From the IMG/VR virus record IMGVR_UViG_3300045988_108377, positions 25,214 to 89,213 of that record: a stretch of DNA of 64,000 nucleotides; one strand, written 5' to 3'. A program made the position numbers and the translations under genes. The notes below the pieces were generated by a model. It ran no database searches, was not told where the DNA came from, and saw only the letters and a list, made by a program, of their open reading frames with translations. Origin of the DNA: a virus. Positions 15,393 to 23,313 of this stretch are shown one piece after another (position 1 is the first letter of the stretch; each line of letters starts with the position of its first letter).

Positions 15393-15956
15393 TTATGCGA
15401 TTACTTTTCCGTTGTCGGCAATAAGCTTTCCATATTGAATGTTCTTGACTCGTCTAAGCCATCCGTTGAGATTAACCTCTTGCGACGGGTCATTTTTCAC
15501 TATTTGATGAAAATAAGCTATGCGTTTTACTTTTAAAGCGTCAAAAAGCACCCACTGACCTTTCCTGTAATTGTTGATGGCTGAAATCGTAGCAGGTCCC
15601 ATGACTCCATCTTGCTTTGTGCCGACGCAACTTTGAATATATCTCACGGCTCGGCTTACTCCGCTGTTGTAGGCAAAGTCTACCAATAGGTTTGCTACGC
15701 TCTGGTTCTTTATATGGTCACCCCAACAAGCATCCCAATAATTGAGTTTAAAGACTCTGTTGTAGTCGTCTTCCGTCAATAGCTTGATGTCCTCAGCTGT
15801 AATAGCTCTATCGCCATTCTTGTCATAACCAACCTTTTTCCACGTTGCAAGTGTAATGCCGTATTTTGTCGGTCCACCTCTATCAGACCTATGGTTGGTG
15901 TACTTGTTAGACTCAAAGCTAAGAACAAACTTTGATAATTGTCTTGAATCTGCCAT
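15393..15956 (-). CDS. Endolysin (GH108-like lysozyme + PG_binding_3-like domain)
   Basis: 187 aa. FESNKYTNHRSDRGGPTKYGIT (GH108 N-terminal signature). C-terminal NGWLRRV. Confidence 0.8.
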   Translation of the reverse strand: MADSRQLSKFVLSFESNKYTNHRSDRGGPTKYGITLATWKKVGYDKNGDRAITAEDIKLLTEDDYNRVFKLNYWDACWGDHIKNQSVANLLVDFAYNSGVSRAVRYIQSCVGTKQDGVMGPATISAINNYRKGQWVLFDALKVKRIAYFHQIVKNDPSQEVNLNGWLRRVKNIQYGKLIADNGKVIA

Positions 15957-16240
15957 TATTCATCTGTTTTAAATTCTTGTTTACGTTCTCCTCGTTCTCC
16001 AATGGTCTTTGTCAGACCTGCAGAGACAAATAGGGTAGAGATACTGCCAACGTATGCACTGATACCCATGAGGTCTGTCTTGATCGTCCCATAAGTGATA
16101 ACTTCCCAAATAAGGATAAATACTACAGACAGCAACATCAGGCAACCTATAAGCGTAACAGATACCAAGAAGAATGCCTTACTTGAATGTCCGCTGTTTA
16201 CCTTTATGAGTTTAGTGAAATAATCCGCTATCTTTTTCAT
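15956..16240 (-). CDS. Holin-like membrane protein
   Basis: 94 aa, two TM segments and a charged C-terminus, immediately upstream of the endolysin. Confidence 0.5.
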   Translation of the reverse strand: MKKIADYFTKLIKVNSGHSSKAFFLVSVTLIGCLMLLSVVFILIWEVITYGTIKTDLMGISAYVGSISTLFVSAGLTKTIGERGERKQEFKTDE

Positions 16241-16698
16241 ATCTCTTCATTTTCTCCATCGGTTCGGTCTATGTATTGGTTGTTTTCCATTTCAACCCTC
16301 CTGATAAGCTCTTCTCGCTTTCTGGGAGGCTTTCTTTTGGGGCAGCCGTTTACTTCACACTTATTCCAATCTAACTCTGCATTGAGCATCTGCAAATCGT
16401 GGTTCTTACTTTCGAGTCCGCTAATCGTATCTCGTAAGATGTTAATCTTGTCGTATAAAGAATCTATCTTGCCATCCTTAACCTTGATTTCTTCTTCCTT
16501 ATTCCGTACATCTTCATCACGTTTCTCGCAAAGTTTCCTCCAACCATCGGCTGAGGTGGCTATAGCCTTACCTTCCTCTTGTGAAGCCTCGGCTGCTGCT
16601 TTACGTTTACGAATACTAAAAAATAATGCACCACTCAATATTGGAATAACGCCTGTATTTATGATGGTTATGATTTCTACAATGCTCGATATTGACAT
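16237..16698 (-). CDS. N-terminal TM + coiled-coil protein (lysis-associated, spanin/holin-like)
   Basis: 153 aa. TM IITIINTGVIPILSGALFF, then coiled coil. ATGA overlap with the holin-like gene. Confidence 0.5.
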   Translation of the reverse strand: MSISSIVEIITIINTGVIPILSGALFFSIRKRKAAAEASQEEGKAIATSADGWRKLCEKRDEDVRNKEEEIKVKDGKIDSLYDKINILRDTISGLESKNHDLQMLNAELDWNKCEVNGCPKRKPPRKREELIRRVEMENNQYIDRTDGENEEI

Positions 16699-16714
16699 AT
16701 TCTTCTTTTTGCCA

Positions 16715-16748
16715 CAAAGTTACTTTTATTCTATGCTAAAGTAACAAA
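16715..16748 (-). promoter_or_regulatory. Promoter of the lysis/SAM-cycle unit
   Basis: -7 box complement 16715-16722 (TAACTTTG). TTTG complement 16745-16748. 22-nt spacer. Confidence 0.5.
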
Positions 16749-16749
16749 A

Positions 16750-16795
16750 AAGGGGACTAACTTACTGCATCATGCCTTGCAGTGTTAGTCCCTTT
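16750..16795 (-). terminator. Strong intrinsic terminator after dut
   Basis: GGGACTAAC / GTTAGTCCC outer stem plus ACTGCA / TGCAGT inner stem. TTTTTTG follows on the minus strand. Confidence 0.7.
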
Positions 16796-16816
16796 ATTAA
16801 AAATGAAAAAGTAGCC

Positions 16817-17359
16817 TTACCTTGTACCTGTATGCCCGATTCCTCCACCTCTGTTAGGATAGTTTTCGTCATAGTCTTTCGCTTCTATCATTTTACTGCT
16901 ATAAGTTTTGTAAAATGTCAGCTGTGCTATACGAGTACCTTTCTTGATTGTAAACTCTCCGTCGTCATTCTTGACAACTACGTTCAGTTGGTCTTGATAG
17001 CCTGGGTCTATCTTGCCTGATATTACATCAGCATTAAAACGATGCTTCCCGTTGAACTTCTTCCAATACGTTATGAGGCCGAAGAGCTTTCTTTTTTCCT
17101 TCCATACTCCGTAACCTTCAAACCCCTTTGCTGCAAATCCACTACGTGATTCTATTTTACATTCTACTCCGTATGGGAGCTGCACACCGAAACCTAATTG
17201 CACCATTGCCCTTGAATGAGCTGGAATTATGGTGTCATATGGCGCATATACATCGAATCCTATCGAGTATTTATCAGCTTTCTTTGGATTGATAAAATCT
17301 CCAAGAGGAATGATTTTAATGGTTCCTCTTGGATGTCTCTTCTTATTTGTTTTCTTCAT
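16817..17359 (-). CDS. dut: dUTP diphosphatase
   Basis: 180 aa. GFDVYA, ESRSG, GKIDPGYQD, RIAQLTF, NRGGGIGHTG. Carries an internal insertion. Confidence 0.85.
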   Translation of the reverse strand: MKKTNKKRHPRGTIKIIPLGDFINPKKADKYSIGFDVYAPYDTIIPAHSRAMVQLGFGVQLPYGVECKIESRSGFAAKGFEGYGVWKEKRKLFGLITYWKKFNGKHRFNADVISGKIDPGYQDQLNVVVKNDDGEFTIKKGTRIAQLTFYKTYSSKMIEAKDYDENYPNRGGGIGHTGTR

Positions 17360-17762
17360 TTTGTTGTTTTCTTTTCAAAGTATCTTTGTAACTTTCTAAC
17401 ACTTCCAAAAGTCTGTTTAGAGAGTAAGAGGCAAAGGACTTTTCCCATCCTTTTACGCTATAGTATTTGACGTTGTAACCAGATAGACTTAACAACTCTT
17501 TGTTTGTCTTGTGCAGTTCTTCTGTCGCCTTTGTTCTGATGGTAAGGACTACGCAGAAAATTGCCGATAACAAATCGTTTGTCAACTTGTCTTCATCAAG
17601 TTTCAACGAACCGTTGTACGCATCTATCTTGTTGTTCCATGTTGTAATTCTCGTGATGGTATCGTTATTAACTTTGATAGGTTCCTTTGCTCCAAATACG
17701 AACTGCTGGTCTTTACCTACCAACTTAACTACGGCTTGCTCGTAATCATATTCCTTTTCCAT
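17343..17762 (-). CDS. Hypothetical early protein (start corrected)
   Basis: Track ORF 17343-17852 reads through cassette G. The ATG at 17760-17762 (MEKEYDYEQ...) is in the canonical cassette context. Confidence 0.65.
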   Translation of the reverse strand: MEKEYDYEQAVVKLVGKDQQFVFGAKEPIKVNNDTITRITTWNNKIDAYNGSLKLDEDKLTNDLLSAIFCVVLTIRTKATEELHKTNKELLSLSGYNVKYYSVKGWEKSFASYSLNRLLEVLESYKDTLKRKQQNEENK

Positions 17763-17871
17763 AATCTTTGTATTTTTAAAGTGAATGTTATGTTTATTAT
17801 TTACATTACAAAGATACAAACAACTTATCAAATACGCAAATGTTTTGAGCAATTATTTTTGTAAATTTGCA
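17763..17871 (-). promoter_or_regulatory. Early promoter+leader cassette, copy G
   Basis: -7 box complement 17809-17816. Confidence 0.7.
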
Positions 17872-18705
17872 TTATTTTTTCGTCACTTTAAACTTGTTTT
17901 CTAATCTTTCCACTCCCATTGTTTCCAACTCGCAGCTCTTAACTTCCTTGTCGAAATGGCCTAACCGTAAGGCATCAAGGCAATATTGGTTCCGGAAGCC
18001 ATCATCTGACAATTTCTCGTTTATAGCTTTGTATGCTTGTTCTGATGCGTAGTTTCGTGTCGGGTGTAAATTGTTCTTCTTGTAATGAACCTTTGAGTCT
18101 GCAAAGGCATACATGGCACCTACAGCCACATTTAATGTCGCCTCCTTATAGCTTTTGCTAAAGTCTATATGATACTCGTCCTTGTAAATCTGAATGTGTG
18201 CCTTGAATACCTCATCGTATAAGTTTATCATGGCTCTTGCCGTCTCTATCTGAGCTATAATGTCGCAGTCCTTTAAACCTTTTCGCTCATAGTAAAACTT
18301 AAATGTAAGCGTCAAGTCAAACAATAGTTTCTCCAGACCTTCGTATGCCTTGTTACATGAATCACTAACCAATCCTCTTGCCCTCGTCTCCATGTGTTTC
18401 GCAAGATAGTCATTGTATTTATCAAAATCTTTTTTGATGGCTTCCAACCATTTCTTGTTTTGAAACTTGATAAGGTTTCGCTCGTCGTACCAGTCGTATA
18501 CCTTTAGAAACTCCTGTTCTGCAATATATCGGTAGACTAATACGATAGTAAAGAATAAGTCTCGGCAATTCTTCCTGGCAAACTCCTTTGTCTTCGGGTC
18601 AAGCAACTTTTTAATGTTCATGACCACTGTCTTTTCAATGTAATGCGGATTGCCTTTGTTAGTCTTATTTGCAAAAGCTTTACTAATATTTTCTTTCGTC
18701 TCCAT
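17872..18705 (-). CDS. Hypothetical protein
   Basis: 277 aa ORF; no motif recognised. Confidence 0.7.
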   Translation of the reverse strand: METKENISKAFANKTNKGNPHYIEKTVVMNIKKLLDPKTKEFARKNCRDLFFTIVLVYRYIAEQEFLKVYDWYDERNLIKFQNKKWLEAIKKDFDKYNDYLAKHMETRARGLVSDSCNKAYEGLEKLLFDLTLTFKFYYERKGLKDCDIIAQIETARAMINLYDEVFKAHIQIYKDEYHIDFSKSYKEATLNVAVGAMYAFADSKVHYKKNNLHPTRNYASEQAYKAINEKLSDDGFRNQYCLDALRLGHFDKEVKSCELETMGVERLENKFKVTKK

Positions 18706-18719
18706 TTTGCTTGAATTAA

Positions 18720-18866
18720 TTATTCAATACCGTGATATGATTTTCTACTCCACATTCTTATCGCCGTCTCAAGTCTTGTGTCGTTACCAGCAAGCCTGTC
18801 AATCCAGACGCGAGAGAGGCGATTGGCGGGGGTATGGGCGAGCTTCTTTGCTAATCGTGCTTTCAT
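18720..18866 (-). CDS. Hypothetical small basic protein (48 aa)
   Basis: Own translation MKARLAKKLAHTPANRLSRVWIDRLAGNDTRLETAIRMWSRKSYHGIE. Fills the gap between 18871 and 18705. Confidence 0.35.
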   Translation of the reverse strand: MKARLAKKLAHTPANRLSRVWIDRLAGNDTRLETAIRMWSRKSYHGIE

Positions 18867-18870
18867 AAAG

Positions 18871-19260
18871 CTATTCGTCTTTTAAGTTCAACTTCTCCTG
18901 CCAAACTTGTTCATGGATATTGCCTATAATAACAGAATCGAAACAACGCAACGTTTCTCCTAATGATTTAACGCAATGAAGTTTTGCGCCATCCTCCTTC
19001 AGATAAAAGCCACCTGCGTCTTCATCCCATTCGACAACACCAACACACGGTCCGACATTCACCACGTCACCTTCATAAATTTCCTTGCCGTTCTTGTCTT
19101 TCAGCCCGGTATATTGCCCTACGGAATCTATATTTACACGAACCATAGCAAAATTCTTGTAGGCAATAAAGACTTTCCCATCACTAAACTGCCTAAGGTC
19201 ACCATTGTACCATTTATTGTTATCTAGTGACTTTCCACGAAATACTATCTTATGTTTCAT
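18871..19260 (-). CDS. YopX-family protein
   Basis: 129 aa. FRGKSLDNNKWYNG, VGQYTGLKDKNGKEIYEGDVV, IIGNIHE. Confidence 0.75.
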   Translation of the reverse strand: MKHKIVFRGKSLDNNKWYNGDLRQFSDGKVFIAYKNFAMVRVNIDSVGQYTGLKDKNGKEIYEGDVVNVGPCVGVVEWDEDAGGFYLKEDGAKLHCVKSLGETLRCFDSVIIGNIHEQVWQEKLNLKDE

Positions 19261-19295
19261 ACTAATCTAATGTCATAATCTATGCTTTATAATTC

Positions 19296-19946
19296 TTATT
19301 TATAGATGCGGATAAGACTAGGAATGCAGCAATCGTAATTTTTATATCCTGGTTCTACGTAGCTGACTTCGGGATTTTTATCACGCATAGCATTTATTTC
19401 ATCCAGGGAGTAAGGACCTACGCAGAAGCGGATGAAACCTATGTAAAGGAGAGAACCTTCGTTGTCGTAGCCAGCAAGACGGCCCAAAGAGGTTCCTTTC
19501 GCCTTACCTGCCGTAATCAGGACTTCACGACCTTGATAGAGAAGATAAATCTCCTTAACCGTCAGTCCGGAAAGATTCTCAAACACGGAATCAGCAGATG
19601 CATGCGTATTCTTCTGCTCCATCCTCTCCTCGATAGGTTCAACCTCCATTTTAACATGTAATTCAGATTCCTCACGCTCTCTCCTGCTTTTTAGAACGAA
19701 AAGCTTTGCCTTTCTCCAACTATCTGCCCAGCCAAGGAGCAAGAGGCCTACAAAGAAACCAGCCATCACTACGATGGTTGCCTCTAAGCAGCAATCGTAT
19801 ATCTCTTGCGATAGAACGCAGGGATGCGTATAGATATTCTTCAGCTTACCGAAGCCATAGATAAGGACAACGGCAAGGATGGGTACCAAAATCGCCAACA
19901 AGTTAACACCGATAACCTGGGCGTAATACTTCAATTTACTTTTCAT
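19296..19946 (-). CDS. Membrane protein, unknown function
   Basis: 216 aa with two N-terminal TM segments. Confidence 0.65.
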   Translation of the reverse strand: MKSKLKYYAQVIGVNLLAILVPILAVVLIYGFGKLKNIYTHPCVLSQEIYDCCLEATIVVMAGFFVGLLLLGWADSWRKAKLFVLKSRREREESELHVKMEVEPIEERMEQKNTHASADSVFENLSGLTVKEIYLLYQGREVLITAGKAKGTSLGRLAGYDNEGSLLYIGFIRFCVGPYSLDEINAMRDKNPEVSYVEPGYKNYDCCIPSLIRIYK

Positions 19947-20217
19947 AATCTTATTTTTTATCTTTTTGTTTTTCTGCCTAAATCTAAGTTCATAATTTTA
20001 TTATTTAAAATACGTCTTTAATATCGCACCCGGCTACTGCCTTATATTCTGCCTTGAGGAAAGCAATCTCATCTTTCAGACGTTTGATTTCTGCGGTAGG
20101 CTGATGACGTTCCATATTCAGCTTCCAGTTGCGGTAGGCATAATAGTACTTATCACATAGCTTCAGCTCCTCATCGGTGTACTTTTGCTTATGCAGGCAT
20201 GGCGCTCGTTTTACCTC

Positions 20218-20736
20218 TTATAGCTTACCATTCTCCGTAAGTATGATCAGTCCAGCATAATCAGGAAGGAGAGGAAGTAATTTCCCACTAAGGTACCATG
20301 GTACGCAATAGTAGAAATAGTTCGGGCGGCGATGCTCTCTACGGAACACCTCCTGACTCTTGTAGTAGATATTCCAAGCCTTGCCAGCCTTCTCAATATG
20401 ATAGTTAGGGTATGACTCATACTTCGACAAGGCTTTCTCGTCTATTTCTCTACGTACGAAAGTAAGAGGGTGCCACTCTCCTGTCTTCAGTAGTTCATGC
20501 TTCTGCCACTTGTGGGTGAAATCGTTCTTGAAATCGGCGAAGGAGATTTTGCATTCTATCTCATACCAATATCCGCTTCGGGTCTTGATGAGCTGGTCGC
20601 TCTCCCAACCGAACACGTAAAGGTTTTCTACGATATACTTAGGGTTCGATTTCCAGCCGCGCAAATGCTGCTGAAGAAGCTGCTCTGTTATCTGTTCCTT
20701 TGTAAGAAGCGATGTTTGTTTACGCTTTATTCCCAT
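20218..20736 (-). CDS. PD-(D/E)XK-like nuclease (MmcB-like)
   Basis: 172 aa. FGWESD ... GYWYEIECKISFADF fits the D...E-x-K arrangement. Confidence 0.5.
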   Translation of the reverse strand: MGIKRKQTSLLTKEQITEQLLQQHLRGWKSNPKYIVENLYVFGWESDQLIKTRSGYWYEIECKISFADFKNDFTHKWQKHELLKTGEWHPLTFVRREIDEKALSKYESYPNYHIEKAGKAWNIYYKSQEVFRREHRRPNYFYYCVPWYLSGKLLPLLPDYAGLIILTENGKL

Positions 20737-20774
20737 ATTATTTTTCCTTTCTCTTCTTGATGATGGTACCCTTT

Positions 20775-20957
20775 TCAGGGCTGTCGATTGTACAGAAGGA
20801 TTGCTCTGCCATGTTTCTGATAATATTCTTCACGCTCTTTCTTTTCGGTACAATTTAGATTTTTAAGAAAGACATCTGTACCTCTAACCAAATCATGCAA
20901 TTTTGTTCCTTGTGGCTTTCCTCTAAGGATAGCCGGAATTTCTGTTGTTTCATTCAT
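20775..20957 (-). CDS. Hypothetical small early protein
   Basis: 60 aa. ATG abuts cassette copy H. Confidence 0.55.
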   Translation of the reverse strand: MNETTEIPAILRGKPQGTKLHDLVRGTDVFLKNLNCTEKKEREEYYQKHGRAILLYNRQP

Positions 20958-21030
20958 AACTTGCTGAATTTAAGTGATTTATTATTATTTGCACTGCACA
21001 AAGATAAGAAAAAGTTATCAAATACGCAAA
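20958..21030 (-). promoter_or_regulatory. Early promoter+leader cassette, copy H (compact)
   Basis: -7 box complement 20999-21006. TTTGCGTATTTGATAA complement present. Confidence 0.65.
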
Positions 21031-21810
21031 TTATTTTGCAATATTTTTAATCGCATTTGATATTTTTCCTATAAAGCCATTTTTCTTAGTCTCCATAAGT
21101 TTCTTGATATATTGCAATCTGCCTTCATCGAAAGCTTTTTGTAAATCTTCTCCACTCATGGCCTTTTCCTTCATTTCGGATTTCTCCTTTTCTTCACGTT
21201 CCTTTCTGTCTACTTCCTCTTTGACGCAATAGTCATGGTCTCTATCTTTCAAAAATTCTTTGAATGCCACCAAAATCTTCTGAGGGTCTACAGAACCGTA
21301 GAAGATACCATATTGCCCTGCTCTAAGACGAGCACAGAACAGAATGAACTCTACCATCGTAAGTGTAGGAAACATGGTGAGTATCTGTTCGCCTACGGCT
21401 CTGAGCTGGTTAGGTGTGATTTTATTCTTGGCTCCCACAAAATCTGATACCACCAGCAAGTGCGCATTCATAAACGAGATTGCTGCTCCCTCGTTGATTG
21501 TTCCGTCAGAAGCATAAGTCGACGGATAAGCCTCATTTAAGATACAGAGTGTAGGTGACTTAATCAGCTCGCATTGGTCAACGGAACGGCAAGCGCCACA
21601 GATAACATCCTGCAAATCTGTATTAAAGGAAGTCAAAAGGGTCGTAGCCTGGTAATTGTCTCTCAGGCTTTTGGCTTTCTGGCTTACCTGCTTTGATCCA
21701 TTGTTCTCGTTGCTCGTCAAGTTTCTTGACGTTAGCCATGATAGCTGCTCTCTGACGTTCGCTATCAAGTCTGTTTCTTTCTTGTTCTGTCGTGCAATTT
21801 GATTTTCCAT
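21031..21810 (-). CDS. Hypothetical replication-module protein
   Basis: 259 aa. 188-nt overlap with the initiator gene, and no in-frame ATG until codon ~110, so the start is uncertain. Confidence 0.55.
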   Translation of the reverse strand: MENQIARQNKKETDLIANVREQLSWLTSRNLTSNENNGSKQVSQKAKSLRDNYQATTLLTSFNTDLQDVICGACRSVDQCELIKSPTLCILNEAYPSTYASDGTINEGAAISFMNAHLLVVSDFVGAKNKITPNQLRAVGEQILTMFPTLTMVEFILFCARLRAGQYGIFYGSVDPQKILVAFKEFLKDRDHDYCVKEEVDRKEREEKEKSEMKEKAMSGEDLQKAFDEGRLQYIKKLMETKKNGFIGKISNAIKNIAK

Positions 21811-22819
21811 TTCTGTTGTTTTTTATATCTTGAACTATTTCGTTATATTTCGATGTTATGTTGCTGATAGAAAAATTATCTATAATCCACTTCGTCTGTA
21901 TCATACTTAGCAGTTCCTTGAATGCCGATAGCAGACTATCATCGTCAACACTCAAAGGTTTGGTCCTTTTTGTTCGGGAGTATTTGATTTTCTTGAGCAG
22001 TTCTGAAAGCATCTTCATGTCTTTCTTTGAAAAATAATACGCCTCGCCATATTTGCTTTTATAGAAATCATCAAATGTTAGTCGTGCTCTGTAAGTCAAA
22101 GTATATTCTTCTTCCGAATTCTTCTTTGTAGGTTTCTTCTCTTCTGCTGGTGTTTCAGGAGTAAGAACGAAGTTGCTTTCCTCGCGCGTGCGTAACCCCA
22201 TTTCTTTTTCTTTTTCTTTATTTGTTTCTTTTATAGGGGGTATGGGGGAAAGTTTTTCTTTCTTTGTTTCTTGTTCTGTTTCTTTGTTCTGTTTCTGAGG
22301 TGTCCTCTGAGGTGTCTCGGGGGTATTGTTAACATCTTGGTTATCAGTATACTTACGTGTCCTTTGAGGTGTCTCGTAGAATTGTGGTGTCCTTTGAGGT
22401 GTCCTTTGAGGTGTCTCGGGGGTATTGTTAACATCTTGGTTATCAGTATACTTACGTGTCCTTTGAGGTGTCCTCTGAGGTGTCTCTGTAAGTAAATATG
22501 ATTGATAATCTGCAATACGAATGATAGAAGCTGCCTTTGTGGTTCTCACAGAAATTTTGCCACTTTGCTCTAAGTCGTTGAGGAAAGAGCATACTTTAGT
22601 TTTGCCCCATCCCCAACGTTTAGCCAATACACGTACTGATGTTGCTAATTCTCCTTGTTCTAAGTCAATGTTAATACCATTCAAGCGTAATGACTTACTT
22701 GCGTTTTCTGCAAGATTAATCAAGTCTATCCACGCATGAAATTTATCGTACTTATCATCTAAAAACAATTTTGACTCCAAGCATGAATACTCGATTTTAA
22801 TATAATCAGATTGCTTCAT
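21623..22819 (-). CDS. Replication initiator / replisome-organizer-like protein with internal repeats
   Basis: 398 aa. N-terminal winged-helix pattern FHAWIDLINLAENASK...LEQGELATSVRVLAKRWGWGKTKVCSFLNDLEQSGKISV. Central 33-aa tandem repeat (ETPQRTPQRT...). Confidence 0.65.
   Translation of the reverse strand: MKQSDYIKIEYSCLESKLFLDDKYDKFHAWIDLINLAENASKSLRLNGINIDLEQGELATSVRVLAKRWGWGKTKVCSFLNDLEQSGKISVRTTKAASIIRIADYQSYLLTETPQRTPQRTRKYTDNQDVNNTPETPQRTPQRTPQFYETPQRTRKYTDNQDVNNTPETPQRTPQKQNKETEQETKKEKLSPIPPIKETNKEKEKEMGLRTREESNFVLTPETPAEEKKPTKKNSEEEYTLTYRARLTFDDFYKSKYGEAYYFSKKDMKMLSELLKKIKYSRTKRTKPLSVDDDSLLSAFKELLSMIQTKWIIDNFSISNITSKYNEIVQDIKNNRNGKSNCTTEQERNRLDSERQRAAIMANVKKLDEQREQWIKAGKPESQKPERQLPGYDPFDFL
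22296..22487. repeat. 99-bp tandem duplication with seven TGAGGTGT (minus: ACACCTCA) 8-mers; candidate ori iterons
   Basis: 8-mer at 22296, 22308, 22365, 22395, 22407, 22464, 22476. Three pairs are offset by exactly 99 bp. Confidence 0.6.
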
Positions 22820-22830
22820 GGCTCATAAAT

Positions 22831-23289
22831 TTACCTGCTGAGGTATCGGGTGATAATAGCCTTGAATTCCTCAACACTACGACACACTACATACTTGTTC
22901 CCGTATTTCTCACACGCTGCTTGCCATGCTTTTTGATCAGGTGTTTGGTAAGTAGCATTATGGTCGAAAGTCTTAGGACGCTTCATTTCAATATAGAGCG
23001 CACCATAACCGTGATTAGGTATTGCCAAGCAAATGTCGGCAACACCCCTCACAACACCCTCACGCTTTGCTCTGCCGCCCATTCTGCCAATTCTGATGCC
23101 TTCATTAGCTATGTGGAAGAGCATGCCTTCCTCGGCAAGTTTCGGGTACTGCAACTTGAACCATCTAAAGCATGATTGCTGTATCTCCGATTCAGTCTGT
23201 GTAACCGTTCTTGTTGATGGTGTCTTGATAAACTTTTCTCCTTTTGCTATTGCTGATAGTAACTGCTTGTTATATGAATTGTTAGCCAT
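22831..23289 (-). CDS. VRR-NUC domain nuclease
   Basis: 152 aa. ESEIQQSCFRWFKLQYP, GVADICLAI, ALYIEMKRP (D...E-x-K). Confidence 0.8.
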   Translation of the reverse strand: MANNSYNKQLLSAIAKGEKFIKTPSTRTVTQTESEIQQSCFRWFKLQYPKLAEEGMLFHIANEGIRIGRMGGRAKREGVVRGVADICLAIPNHGYGALYIEMKRPKTFDHNATYQTPDQKAWQAACEKYGNKYVVCRSVEEFKAIITRYLSR

Positions 23290-23313
23290 GTTAAGTTAAA
23301 TAGAATATTTTAA

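Noticed and set aside
17763-17852. N-terminal extensions of track ORFs 17343-17852, 58703-59158 and 11416-11877 (for example MLKTFAYLISCLYLCNVNNKHNIHFKN...).
   Set aside because: The extensions are translations of the conserved promoter/leader cassette; nearly the same peptide appears in two unrelated ORFs. The ATG in the canonical cataatctt context is taken as the start.
22231-22515. ORFs 22231-22515 (-) and 22271-22495 (+) with repetitive HLKGH / CPLRC peptides.
   Set aside because: They are alternative frames of the 99-bp tandem repeat inside the initiator gene, so they are repeat artefacts.
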